Assembly (NCBI GenBank): GCA_051294905.1
Contig: CM119385.1
Coordinates: 18,848,001 to 18,912,000, forward strand
Length of the DNA stretch: 64,000 bases
DNA from: Botryllus schlosseri
Taxonomy: Eukaryota
Direction: 5' to 3'
Shown here piece after piece: positions 24,001 through 39,000 of this stretch. Every line of letters starts with the position of its first letter. Positions within the stretch are counted from its first letter, which is position 1. The notes below the pieces were generated by a model. The model made no database searches. It was not told the DNA's origin and saw nothing but the letters and a program-made list of their open reading frames with translations. A program made the position numbers and the translations under genes.

Positions 24001-27000
24001 CAGGGCGCTCCACGCCTGGTCGTGCCGCAACAGCTTGTCCACGCGGTCTCCGATAGATATGCATTCCGCGGCGTGGTTTAGAGAGGACAGCTGTTTGACG
24101 ATGCTGCCTGCGTGCGTGGCGGAGATGAGCATTGAGCATAAATTCGGATGTGGAATTCGTAAAAAAAATGATTTTCACAGGACTTTCAAGCAGAATTTAG
24201 TATTCCGACCACTATCAGATTGTTGAGTCGTTGCCGATAAAAACTGATTACGAGTGGCTTCACCGATAAGCCCTCTATTCAAAACATATGGCATCAGGCT
24301 TAAGGTGCATTTCAAAAAACTTTGCAGCATTTATTTGAACAGCTTCAAACCCAACCCTATGCTTGAACGATTGGCATGAAATAAATAGAAAGGTCGCAGG
24401 CTGTGATACAGATTGCCGATTGCAAATTGAAAAGAAGCTAATACCAGACCTGACATCGCGATGTGAGGATAGTTTTCTTGCACAAAGAGAGGTATCATGG
24501 AATAGTCCATGAAGAAAAGCGACAGCTTGTCGTTCAACGAAATCGACGCGGACTCGGCCGTAAGAAGCTGAAAAACAATCGCACACTCTCGTACGCGGAG
24601 TAATAAGGTCTCGTAGTCAATTATTGCCAGTTTGCAGATCAATAACATTCAAAATTCACGGTTAGACAGCTGCGTGACCGCGCCTAATTCATCAAAAATA
24701 TTCAACACTGCTCGCAGATTAGCAGGATATTCTACTGGGATTTATTTACAGGCAAATGGTATCGTCTCCATTGCACCGCTTACCTTTCGAGCCACTTCAA
24801 AAATTCCCATTGCCACGTCTTTGTGCGATTCCTTTGAATGGCTGGCTATGTCGTCGTAAGACACCGCGTTGCCGCTAGCTTTCAACATGCTGAGGTTGTA
24901 GAGGACCTAAAAAATTCAGGGCAACTTGAAGAGCAGTTCACGGGGGTGGCCAGAGCTGGTCAGAAACGAGGTACTCAAGTAGAAAGAAGGTTTGGGATTG
25001 GTTTGTGTAGCTTTTGCGAGCGAAATTATCATATCACTGGGCGAAATATGATAACAGAAAACGAAACAACGTTTATGGGGCCGCATAAAACAACATGTCC
25101 CTAGATTTAATATAACACGCACATCACGCTCTGCGAAAAGCTTTCTGAAGCTTGATGCAAAATATTCCGACCAAGTCTGTGCCTACAAAAGGTATCCGTA
25201 TACCACAATAGGCTTTAAGCTCTCTGCTTGCCCAGACTATTTGAAATTTCATGTCGGTGACGTCACATTTTGTGATACAATTGTTGATATACAATGTTCT
25301 TTCCAATTCTCTACTAGTTGCTGGCGATTACACCTGACGAGTGTCAGCCGAAAATATTCGGGTTCATTCCAATATGAATGTACCATTCAATTGTATATTG
25401 AAGTTCTGTACCTCCAAGAAGCTCTTTTAGAATATATTTTGGTCAACCGCTCCATTTTGCAATCTTAGAAGTAACCAATTGCCAATTCTTTATTACACTT
25501 TACTACTTTTCAAAACTACTTGCTTGGCTACTTTTCAGAACTTTCATATTCTACTGTTCTTGAAGTAGACAAAATTTCCAAACAGTAGTACACGACAGTA
25601 CACAGCACCCAACTATCTGTACCGCTCACCTGCCTGACGTCCTGATTGCAGCTTCTGATTAGCGACTGCAAGGCGGGCGCCTGTATCTTCAGCCCCTCCT
25701 TGTAGCAAACGCTCATCATGGAGCCTGTGATCTGTTCGACGCGTGGACGCTGGAATCGCAAATCGAAGCAGTGGTTTGTAAGGGAACGAATTTTCGGCGA
25801 GGACCTGAAATACGTGACAGGAAAAGATCTGCATATATGACCGGACACGGCGATTCGTGTATCAACTGCAACGATTCGAGTAATTGTTCAAAATCAGATT
25901 GGAAACGTAGCTCTGGTCTGCTCAGTCGGAAGTCAATGCAAACCTATCCAGAGATTACATTTCACTAGATAGAATTTGAAACATGAAGGAACCTTCATCT
26001 CCAGTAGTCCAACTTGAAAATTTCACCTTAGATTAGGATTAGAATAATAGCTACACAGCTTTTGGCAATTATATTAGAATTACTGTATTTGAGGAAAATT
26101 GAATCAAGTGCAGTTCATGTCACGTCATTCTCATTCCTTCTCACAATCACGATGGCAAACGTCTGTACAGCAAGCTTGTCTCGCTTCGCACTATGCGCTT
26201 CATCTGTATTATTTTCAGAAAAACGAGAAATAGATTGATAGATTCATTCATTGGTAACACCCTGGGTTGTCAATAGTAATGACTCGACTATGATTTTTTG
26301 GTGACTCGACTTGTGCCCGAGTCATTGTGCATGACTCGAACCAAGTCATACGACTCGAAACTAGGAGGGCCAAGACACACAGTTTCTTGTAACATCGAAG
26401 AATAGCGAGTCAGCACATCATTGATATTTCGGATATTAGTCCTGATACTTGGAAAATAAGGTCAAAAACTGATAGGACTGAGGAAAATAACCATATTATG
26501 AATGCTAGTCATTCTATATCCCCCCCACAATCTCGGACTTGACTCGGTAGTGAATTGAAATTGACCCCAGTCGAAACTATTAGAGTGAGATTGACTTGTG
26601 TCTCGCAACCTTGTGACTTCGTTACAGCCCTGGTTGGCTGTGATTAGAAATAAAAATATAAGCACAAAAACATTTCACTAATTAGATTAGAATTACACCA
26701 AAGATACACTTCGAAAATTACATGAGAATTAGAAATCTAGAATCATCTAGTTACCTAAGTCTGGCCGCTTGAAAACCAGAGCTGGGCAAACAATTCGAGT
26801 ATCAATGGTAACGTTTGATACACTTGCTCGCTTTTACGAGATAAATTGTAATGACAACCAGGCAGAACCATTTCATCACCGTAATTGAGGATAGTTCATA
26901 TAATCTACTTTACAAAACTACTACAGTACTTCTCAGATATACAATTACTACTTCTACTTGAGTAGCAACGCTGACTGCTTCAACCAACTACAGAATCAAC

Positions 27001-30000
27001 GTACGTGATTTTGGTCTATCCGCTAATAAAATTTGGTAAAATCCCGGCGCTTACCTATCGTTGCACATGCAGATGATGGGTATCTTGGTGGTTTTAATCA
27101 GCTGTATCACTTCCTGCATGCCTCCACGATCTTCATTCCCGGCCATGCCATCGATTTCATCCATGATCAAGGCGTTCTTCGTGCCTCCAGCCGCGGTTTC
27201 CTTTTGTTCCTGTACGAGCCATGAACTAGTGTCACATTACTTCATCTTTTTTTCTATACAATTATTTTATTAGACAATATTTTCGTTAACAAACCATTCA
27301 GCAAATGCAATACATTGAACTACTGTGTAACACACGCATATAAGGCTTAATAGTACTTTTTTAGTCCCCCTTCAATGCAAATAACTGCCAAACTGTCACG
27401 GATGCGTCCTTGCTTGTTTCTGTGTGTACTTTATTGAGTAATTTCCCCTTTTCTGCATCAATCTGTTCTTCAAGAGGCATGTAATTATACCAATTACAAG
27501 CGACTACAAAGTTAGCACGTCCTTCTATGAGTTTGTTGTCAATTGTTACTGCATGGATTATCACAGCGGAACAATGACACTCATTTTGTGTTGAAAATAA
27601 CGAAGTACTGTTCATTGTGCCAGCCATAACCTAACAATAGGAATTGCGAGCCTGTGTCCTAATTAACAGGAGTTTTTTCCATGCAATTTTCACTTCCATT
27701 CCGTTTCTGAGAATTTTGGCCGAATAAAGCGTGTCTAGTGTCTACGGATTATCCGGTGTCCGAATTAAGCAGAGTCCATAACTAGTACTGCAGATTAGTG
27801 TAGAAAAGGGCATTATCTCGAGTGAAAAGATAAAGATGGGAATACCTTTGTACCAAACATGCTGCTGATACTTGAATTGTCTAACATGTGCGACACTTCC
27901 TCCTTTAGAGTTCTCTTACTTCTCGTGTCGCTGGCGTTCAGTTCGATGTATTGAAAACCGAGAGACTGCAATATAAAGCATCGCTTTAAATGACTGCAAT
28001 CAATCGGCACGATACAATACATGTGTGTATGTTACGATGCCATGTATTTTCGTATGTTCAGAAAAACACCACACCGTGAGAAGTTGAATTTCGCAACTAC
28101 CACAGGTAATCGTGTTGAAAACTTTTTCTCTAGTCGCTAAACCTATATTTCCCACAAACTTTAAAAAATGTTGAAGTTTTGCAAATCTTCTGTTCTCCAG
28201 AGTGCTCAAGTAGAAGTACAAGTAACGATGTAAATATATAGTTAGCAAAGTATTGACTTCCAAGTAGATAAACTGAACGTATTCCAGGCCTAATTTTGCC
28301 TAAAAATCAGAAAACCGTAAAGTAGAAGCAGTCTAAAATCATGATGACAAAAGTAGACTGATCACTTCCGTGACACACCTAACCAAACTCACCTCACACA
28401 CCAAAGTAGCCGCCGTAGTTTTCCCAACCCCGGGCGGTCCGGACAACAACGCCGCCCTGAACCCTGCCCCCGTCGGGTCCCCGCCTCCACCCCACATATT
28501 CACTTTCGGTTTTGCCTTCGGCTTGGACCCATCTTTCGGCCGGTTATTTTTATGCCAGTCCAGCATCCAAGTCTTCAGTTTCTCGACGTTACTTTTGGCG
28601 CCTTGCTGTCCGATAATTTGTTTTAAAGTTGTGGGCCGGTACTTGTCGACCCACAACGCAAACCCAGAGTCGCGACCGGGGCCTGTTGTCAGCTTCTGCG
28701 AGTCTGGAAGCGATTTGATCGATTCTTGGGAGTCAACGTCGCTTTTTTGAGAGTTATTCTTGGAGTAGAAGCTACCCGACGGCACGGTACTGGCTTTGGG
28801 CGTCGGCTTCTTTTCTGGGGTGACCTTTTTTCTGCAAAGTAACAATCGGCACCAAAGTTCAGACTTGATTCAAAGATTCCGAAATTTACAGAAATTTTGC
28901 AAAGCGTGTTGTGAATAATTTCAATTTCAAGTTTCATCCAGCCGATGCCAACAACGACTACACTGCTGACAATATTTTCGCGATTTCTACGAGATCTGAG
29001 GGTGAAAAGGGCGCTAACTGCGACGAGGAACCAGAGTCGTAACCGAGTCACAAGTCATTTTTAATTCACCACCGAGTCAAATCCGAGTTCAAGTTGGGGA
29101 GAAGATGGCGGAGTCCGAGTCATAGTCTTGAGACGAGTCCAAGTCATTGCGTTCACTGTTGAAAACACGTTCAACCAACCTTTTTACCACTCTGCTTGGG
29201 TGACACTGCAGGCCTCGCATTCGTAACATAGTAATTTTCCTCACTCAACAGTTTCTGGCCCTATTTTACAACCATCAGCAGTGATACACAAAATACCAAT
29301 GATGAGCTAACTTAACCATTCCTCGAAGTCGCAATGAAATGCATGTGTGGGACGTTCGAGTCTCGGTATTTTCCGTATTTAACAAAAAAAACTCGAGTCA
29401 AGTCGAGTCATTACAACCTTGCAAGGAACGCAAAAATCTTTCCTCGCTTTACAGATTTTGCCTCCTTTTTAACGACTTCTTCCGCCGCGATGTCATATTT
29501 CGATTTCTTGCCTGGCTTGCTACGAATGAGTTCCAGCAATCCGTCTTCGTCGAGTTGGTGCGTCTTGTGCTGCTCAGCCTAAATATATTATATATAGCAG
29601 TGGTCGGGAACCTTTTTTGTCCGAAGAGCCATATTGGCCCTATTTTTTCCATTTCAACTCCCAAAGAGCCATACATGTGGATAGACTGTTACGCCACAAT
29701 TGAAAATTCGTGACGTCATGGTAGCACTAATTTCAACTAACTACATGGGATCCGTCGGGTGCGCCACATTTTCTCTGTTAAAACCCTTTCTAATCATACT
29801 GGTTACCTTATTTAAGCATGCAAACCATGAGTTACTAGAACGTAGATTCGTCGTGATTGTCCTTCTAAATGCGAGAACCCATGATCACATGCGTAGGTGG
29901 AGCCAAACATGGCCACTACTGCAGTAATATGCCTACCAATCTAAAATTTGTGATAGGCTACATCAATGACGTCGGGTTAGGGGAGGCAAGTGAGGCAGTA

Positions 30001-33000
30001 CCTCACCTGTCGTCAGGATGAGTGAACGAAAATTTTTAAATCTTCAATTACTTTTGGTATCTTCTATCGATGTTCATGAATGACACGATTTTTAACATTT
30101 TTCTCCCGAAATCACACAATTTACATATTTATTGTTCGTAAATAAAGCGCGAAACGTGAGGTAGACACAGACGCAGACACAGACCATTGATAACACAATT
30201 CATCGTAAATAGCTTATATGATTTATTATAACTGATATTAATCTAGTCTAATTGTCCCTGTGATTCCGAAGTTCTAAATACTGATCGAATTCTCCATCCT
30301 CAGAGTATTCGGCAGTTACACATAACGTTGCGCCGCACACCTACGTCTTATTGCCGGTAGTACAGAGCTACTTAGGCCTACCAATCAAAAACATGGATAG
30401 CTACTACATTTTTTGTAATTTGAGCATTGTAATTGTGAACGTAACGTCCACGGCATTTCATTTCGCGCCGTAGATCAGTAAGATAATATGTATTTGAAAA
30501 CTGCGTTGTCATATGGGCGTCGCCATGTCTGCTAATCTCTTTGATCAATCAACGTATTGTGCAATCCAAGATTTCGAGTCGGGTACATCGAATTCGAGAG
30601 TGATATTGGTCGCCGGCACGACAGTAACTTAAATTTGATGATTTTGAAAAGAGGGGGTTCCTGCCCCCAAACCTGAAGACGGCGTTCTATTTACCTCTCA
30701 AAGCCAAGTGTATAGGGATGGTGTGAACCTCTGAAAGGTTCGGGTTTGTGTGAACGCGAACCTTTTTGAAAGGTTCTGTGTGAACACGAACGTGAACCTT
30801 GTGACGTCATATTGCTAATTCCAACCCTATCTTTCAATGAAGTGATAGCCTATATTATTGTACACGATACCTAGCGAAGACTCGGGCCACATAGTGTCGC
30901 ATTGCTGAAGTACATATTGGCGTTTTAAACGTCGCTAAATGTATCAACCGCGGTTATCAAAGGATATAATAATCTCATAAAATCAATACATTCGTCGTTT
31001 TGCCAACAATTTCGAGAAGGACTTACCAGAAAATATAAGCTTACGCCTTAATGGTCTTAGCCAGACCGGACAATGTGTTTGGAATCTGAGTATTGCTACA
31101 TTGATATTGAGCAGAGTGTAAAACGGTTTCTATACTCGCTACCGATACCATAAACAACAAGTTATATAGCAGTAGCCAGCACCTTAATCGCACGGATTTG
31201 GTTTTAATGATACAGTAAAGATATGAAGTCGAGATTGACCCCATACGCCCGCTCGATTTTTTACATCAGAAAACGATATCAATGTCATTGATTGGTTTAA
31301 TAGGCATCATTCGCTGACTACGTATATCGCTCGTGATGATATGTGATTGCGGGTCAAGCTCACGGCAGAGAGTCACTAATTATTCACAAACGGAAAGCTG
31401 GATATTTCGAGAAATTTTTGTGACAAAAATGCAAGTAAAACTTTTAAGGTTGTCATGGTGCATGCTCGTTTAGTGTTGATTTTTTATGCTGCCAGCACCA
31501 TGCATGGAGTGACCCGCAGTTGAAATGCAATAAACTTGAACCAAAGATCTTATAATTAAGTACAATTCAGTACAACAATATATATTTGGCAAAGAAGCGT
31601 ATTTATACTCAAAAGAGCTATGTATGGCTCGCAGTGACTCACCTGTCTACTAAATTTTGAACATCTTTATTACCAAAATCACGTATATTATTGACTATTT
31701 TTTGTCAGAAAATAAAGTCCGAAACAGAGGACAAGGTATTGTGATAGGGCAATTCATCGTAAATATCATTGAATGTATAATGACTGATATTATTCGAATG
31801 TAATTGTCTCACTATACCGATTCGGCTTTTTAATTCTCACGTGTTCGGCGGTAACATTTGCACAACACGCCTACATATTAACAGCGTCTACATTCTACAA
31901 AGCTACGTTATCAATCAAGAACGTGGATAGCTATGGCGTTGTTTGTAATTTGTAATTGTGAATGTCACTTCCATCGCAGTTTATTTCTCGCCGCAGATCA
32001 GAAAGACAATGCACATTTGAAAACTGCATTGTGATACAGGCGTCGCCATGCCTCCTCGTCTCTTTGATCAATGAATGCATCGTGCAATTCAAGATTTCGT
32101 ACCGGGTACATCGGATTTATTGCGAGTGATATTGGTCGCCGACGCGACAGCAACTTAAATTTGAGGATTTTGAAAAGGGGGTCCGAACTCTTAACCTTGA
32201 ATACGTCACTGTAATAACCTCTCAAATACATTTTATACTGCCACGAGAATAATTATACTGCTCGTGCTGAAGATTTAATAACTCGTTGCTGCAATATTGA
32301 AAAATTAGGCACAAAAATAAAAAAAATCGCAAAGAGCCATATCTTATGCCCAAAAGAGCCATATATGGCTCGCGAGCCATAGGTTCCCGACCACTGATAT
32401 ATAGTATAATGAAACGACATGGTCCATTGAATACCCGTCTGCATACCAGACAGCATGGGAACATATCACAAATTAGGTTAGAATTGGACTGCTTTAGTCT
32501 AAAAGAAATAGAATTGACCTATCTGATTTTCCAAGTCTGCTACAGACATGCACTACTACTTGTACACTGGCTTGGGGCTTGGGCTCTTTCACCCATGCAG
32601 CCAAGATGACAAATCGAATCATAAAATCGATGCGAGCCTATCCCAAGACTATTTCCTACTTTATCAATCATAAGTATAAAATGCAGGCAGTTTTGCATGA
32701 GACACTGTTGACCAGAAGCCGAAGCAGTCTAAAACGTCGCCGCTAGACCAAGTAGTAGCCCAGTACTCAGAGATAGTACGAGTACTTCGTTACCGGCCTC
32801 TGGTTGTTCCTCGAAATTTTTACTGCTCCTACATTTCTGTTCGAGTAGCGATAAACAAGAGTTATAAAAGTAGGCATTCTGGGTCTAGTTTTGCATAAAG
32901 AACTTTAAAATCTCTCAAGTATCAGTGAAAGTAGTCTGAAAACACTCGAGTAAGCCACAAGCATTTGAAACCTACTAGAGCGCTCGGAAAAGCAACAAGC

Positions 33001-36000
33001 ACTTCGTTACTGATCACCTCTGGTCCTAAACATGATAACATAAAATAGCGTCGGTTCCCCACCTTTTTGATTTTAGACTCCCCAGCGTCGTCGCCTACGA
33101 GTAAATAAGACGTTCTGCCGCTGACCGACCCGGTCACCTTGCCTCCGTATCTTTCGATGAGCGACTTGGCCTCGTCGCGCTCCAGAGACTCCAACACCCC
33201 GGTGATGACAAAGGTCAGGCCTTCCAGACAGTTATCAGCACCCTGGATCGAAGAAAATAGTCTCCGATTACACTTGAAAAAATTATGGACAGGGCTTCCC
33301 ATAATGATTGAAATCCTCCCAAGTATTATTACAATCATTTGAGTCGAGCAGCTAGAGTCATGCACAAAAACTATACGCTGCTACTAACGAAGAACAATTT
33401 TATCAACGAGAATCATCGTTTTGACACTTAGTTCTCACATTATACAATTGAATAGTATATTCACATTGAAATAAATCTGAACATTTTTGGGTTCATATAT
33501 TGAAGTTCTGTACCTCCAAGAAGTTCTCACAATGGAAGCACCGCAACCTTCATTGGCTTTATTATAGTATCGACGACATGTAGCATAGCTGCGTTAGGCT
33601 CAGGGTCTTCGAAGTTCATGGTAGATTGACCATTTTGTGTAGCGACATGATAACTAAGCGCTATAGTCTTAGCAATGGTTAAAAAATATGAATAAAATAA
33701 TTTTAGTAGTCAAACTAGCATTACTTCCATTGTAACTGTGTGAAAGGTACAAATTACGACTTAAACATTCGTCCTTACCAAGCACTCTAGTACTCGGCCC
33801 AACTTGAAGCCCAATTCGGCATTGGATCAGTCGTAATACTCTACTTATGTGATACGGCGCCGTTGTCAGCATTGCGCACGGCACAAGACAAACATGATCC
33901 AACAATTCAAACATGCGCTGGCGGTACAGAATGCCGTAAATGCACCGAGTAATATGCCATAACTAAGGCAAGTTTTTGCAACTTACTTTTACAACTTCCG
34001 GCAGCTTCCGAAATACGCGGAAGTTATGTAGTATGGTGCTTTAAGCTGTTTTGAGGAATCTTATATTGCAACTTTTTCGATTTTTCATGCAACTTCATGC
34101 TATTAGCTTTTTACTGGAAATATTTGGCACTATATGTAAATATGTAATATATGAGGTCCTTTCTGCTTTGACGTACATTCAAGATAGACTACCGAAAATT
34201 GTATTTTCACTGGGTCAATTTTTTCAGGCTATTGAATTAGTTGAAGTCCCAACATTGAGTTTTGCTACAGTGTCTTGGATATGGAACGATTCGAGTACCC
34301 CCAATAATTTCAAGAAACTTGTCCATAAACGCAACTTTTGTGGAAATTGAATGCAACTATTGTGAAAAATTTGTGCAGCTTTCCATGGATTTGACTGTAA
34401 CAAAAACCTGCCCTAACGATAAAAATAATGAACGGACCTTCGATTCAACTTACAGTAGGAATTTCTTTAGAGCCGGGAGCCTTCGGCCCGCCCCTGTTCT
34501 GCCACTGCATGTATTTCACGAACCGTTCCTGTTTCGCGTTTGGCGTTTTCTCGTCATATTTCTCTTCATTATCGACCTTCTCTTGAAGAGGTTCTGATTT
34601 CTCTCGGACGGCGCTCGGCTTTTGTGGCGTCTTCCCGGAGGCGGCACTCTCAGAACTTGCTTTTTTCTCCTTCAAGACTGCTTTATCATCGCGACGTTTC
34701 TCATCCTTAGTACCGCCGCCGTTGGTCAAGGTAAATATCTCATCGCGTTTTTCCGACTTCCTCGGTTTTTCCAAACCATCGGCATTCGATTTTGACTCTT
34801 CTTTCAATTCCTTCTTAGCTTTCGAATTACGATCGAGTTTGTCCTTTTTTTTAGTATCCTGTGACGGAGCAACATGTGTATCCTTTGCACGTTTTCCGCT
34901 ATCCTTATTAGACGATACATTGTCTACAAACGCGTCGCTGTCTGGACCAATTCCACTTGTTTCGATCGTATTCTTCAATTTATGTGTCGTTTCCTTTATA
35001 GAAGTCTTCGAAATTTCGACAGGTACGTCTCTCAATTTCGGTCTATCTCCCGCAGCGTCAATATCCTTTTTGCCGGAGCTTTTCTTCCTCTTCTTAGCTT
35101 TCTGCTTCTCTCTCTTTGCGACGTCTGAAGTCTGCTTCGAACGGTCTGAAAAACGAATAAGTTTTGTTGATAGGGTACTGACAGCAGTAGCGATCGAGCT
35201 GAGGTACTTGCGGTATCCCTGTCTGGTTCTCGCTTTGGCTTTTTCTGCGGTGTCATGTTCAGCGAACCGTCAAAGTCAAGGTCGTCATCAATCTCTAACA
35301 CCTGGAATTTTGGGTAAGAATGATGAAATGTGTCCTGCTCTATTGATGTGTGTGGTTTTTGGTATGCTGTTACATCCACGCCAGTGGTTTGGTGAGCCAA
35401 TCTCCAGGTTTCAGCAAATTTCTGGACACAGACCCGACTTATACAGTCGAATTTACACTAACTTGCAGCAAATATTCATCATGTTTTTGTTTCATTTATA
35501 TTTTAATGGTTACGTTCTTTCTGTTGTTGATGTGCAGCTAATTTCATTCACCAGTATTTCATAGTAATGCATTAGATGTGTAATTCTAACTCTTGCAGAT
35601 TAGCAATAATGGTTTGCCAGGAAAGTAATGATCGGGAACCACTGACCTATATTATATTTCAATAAGCCCGTGCTTCTGACCTAGCTGAGTAACAGTACAA
35701 GTAATTTTGGTTTTAACCAGGGCAATTTTTTTACATAAAAACGAAAAATTTGGAGTTTAAAAAACTTAATTGTGACCAAATTTTGACCTAATGTAAATTA
35801 GATGTTTTCGCACATAACGTTAGAATTGTGAACTGTGAAGAATTCGAGTAGTTACATCACGCATTATGGTAGAAATAATTAAAATTTGTTGTGGTACAAC
35901 GAAAGATACTTTACTACATTCTCGGGCAGAAAGTGTCTGTCCTTACGAAGTAGCTTGCCAAGAATGGGGAAAGAACGTTCAACAGCAGCAGTTGTTGGCC

Positions 36001-39000
36001 GGCAACACTGGTGACACACCTCGTTGCTTCATTCTGACAATGTTCTCTACATCGCAATTTTTCATCATGCATTTCTCGATATAAAAACCCATGCAGTCTT
36101 GGTTCAGTTGGGATATTGCGGTACGTTGAGGTTGATCATAACACCATGTCAACCTGTTTGTTTCATTCGACTGTTTATGATTCACAATGAGCAGACAATG
36201 GGCCGTCTACAACGGAAGGCCTAAAAGTAGGCTACAAGCTGCAAAATGTCAAACGACAAGTTCACCGATAATGCAAAGATCTCCGATACAAACAAATGTA
36301 GGCTCCGGAAAATTTTTGACTTTGTAAACGATTTTGACAATTTTTTGACCTAGCGCTGCAATTTTGACAAAATGTTGTCATGTCAAAAATATCGTCCTAG
36401 TTATAACATATGAATCACAAAATCACTTTCTGATTAGCTAGTCAAATCTGCTTTCTGAGACTATTCACTAGACCACTTTTCTGATCTCCGTACTTGAATT
36501 AATTTTGGAATATCGATGAAATTGCTACTTTCACCTATAATGCAGTAGTGCATATGCAATAATACTTCTACTTTTACTTAGTAGCAACACCGCCTTCTTT
36601 GATTAACTGTGCCACTAGGTAAACATAAATTAGATCACCTCTGGTTTAATCTCAATTTCGGTGGAGGCTTTGCGTTTTGGCAATCTTTGTTCTTTCTTTA
36701 TCGTTTTGTTGCAAGAACCGAAAAAACTACTCGGCGAGATCTCTTTCCGTTTCGCTTCCTCTTCAACTGGTTTCTTCTTGCTGATTTTCTTTGCGCTTTT
36801 ATTCAACGACGTCCATTCATCGTCTATGAATTTCAGTTGATATCATTAACTGGGAAATGATAAACTCGGAGGAAAAACCCCAAAGCAACAGCGGTAACTC
36901 GCCTGATTTGGGGATCACATTTTCGTTTTTCAACCTTGTTTTGACCTTTTTCGGCAGTGGATCTTCTTCTGAGGAGTCTAAATAGTCGAGATAGAATGCA
37001 TCAACCACAACCATAGTGTACAACTGCACATTAGGGCTAATGAAAAAGAACTTTTTTATAAATGTTACTGGCTAATTGATAAAATCGTTAGGTTACCTAT
37101 TATAACGCTGCGCACAAATTATGGTTCAATCTCAACCTATAGAGTAGAGGCATTGCTATAAGAGAAAAAGTTTAGCATTCATTTAATAAAAATAATTATA
37201 AAATTTTTCAAATTTGGCTCTATTACAACTAGTTGAAGTAAAGTTACTGATGTGCAAATTTCAGGGTTGTAACCAAGTCACAAGGCTCCGAGTCACAAGT
37301 CAATCTCACTTTTATATTTTTGACTCGAGTCAAGTCGAGTCATTTTCAATTCCCACCGAGTCAAGTCCGAGTCCAAGTCAGCGAACAGAGGATCAAGTCC
37401 GAGTCAATGTATTATGACTCGAGTCCGAGTCCAAGTCATTGTGTTGACTGCTCAGTTCCCAGTTAAAGTCTTCCTAAACCCACTTTTTATAACTCTGTTT
37501 GGTGATATTGAACGGTTCACATTTATAATATATCAATTTTCCTCACTTTTAGCAGTTTGTGGTCGCATTTTCAAGCACCAGTACCAACAAACGAAGTCCC
37601 AATAGTGTGTTGACTTCGAAATTACAATGAAATGTCGGTCCTTGCCGTCTGAATCTCGAGTCAATGACTTGCTTCGAGTCATTCCACATGGCGAGTCATT
37701 CCACATGGCGAGTCATTCCACATGAATAGAACCACATGGCGCTCAACAATAGAGACCGAGCTAGCGCAACGCCGGCTATCGCTCGAAGACGCCCACGACC
37801 GCCCACGCTGGAGGCGCTTAATAAGGGCCCAAAACTGATTATCTTGATGTTAATTTGTTTCCTGTTTTCTTTTGCCCTTTTATTTAATTGAAAGCCGATA
37901 TATATATTCGAGTCATGCGCAATGACTCGAGTCCAAGTCGTGTATTGACTCGAGTCGAGTCATTTCCGTATTTTGAGATAATGACTTGAGTCGCGTGGAG
38001 TCATCTGAAAATCGTGACTCGAGTCATTACAACCCTGGCAAATTTTAGGATTTAAAATGATACTTTTATGGTGGGTAAACCTGCAATAAATAAATAAAGA
38101 ATTTGCCACCGTAAATACTATTCTTTACAAATCTAACCTAACAATTTTATCAAGTAGCCGGTAAAATTTGAAAAATGAGGTACTTTTCGAACAGCCCTAG
38201 TCTTGTGTACAACTGTACGGCGTGTACGTACGTACACGCAACTAGAAAATATTCATCCTTTCCAAGCGATATTAGAATTAGAATTATAGCTAGTTCTTTC
38301 CTTGAAATTTAGATTAGAATTGGAATTACTGAATTCGCGAAGAAAACTTGGAAATCTAAGCAAGTTCAGTTTATATTAAATCACAGTTCATCTTCATAAG
38401 CAAGAGCACGGCAAATGTCTGTAGGGTAAGCTTGGCATGTTTTGCACTCTATACATTTTTCCTGTAGCATTTTCAGGAAAACATTTCTCAAATTAGATTA
38501 TACTATGATTACCGGCATTTTGCTTTAATTTGTATAATTAAACAGCGAGAATACATATATTTGTCCAAGTCAGCATGCGGCGGTGGTCAGTAACGGAATA
38601 AGCTACTTGTACTTTTTCGAAGAACTGAAGTATCCTCCAAAAATGGTTATAATTTTAGACTTCTTCCACTTAACATTTTTTGGTTTTCGAACTAAAACAT
38701 ATTAGGCCTATTGAGTATCTACCTATTTAATTGACTTCTGCATGTACTTGAGTGAAAATTCACATTATTTCTACTTGAGTATCAAGCTATTTTAGACCAT
38801 CCACGGGCTGTGTATATAAATACTTTTCATTTTAATTCATTTTTTGGGGGTGGGTGGGTGGTTTGGTGGTTAGATAATGTGAGTCATGCAACTATGCATA
38901 TTGGGATGTTGTTGCCATTAATCATCACTGTTATGGATTTCATGGTTAGACAGTTTTATCAGGTTTTCAAAATTTTTACAACAATAGCTTACCAAATAGC

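Noticed and set aside
34722-35564. 280-aa plus-strand ORF
   Set aside because: It is the antisense shadow of the K/E/D-rich RFC1 exons. The same applies to 47762-48325 (THOC2), 23762-24226 and 28370-28750 (RFC1) and 217-525 (COG3).
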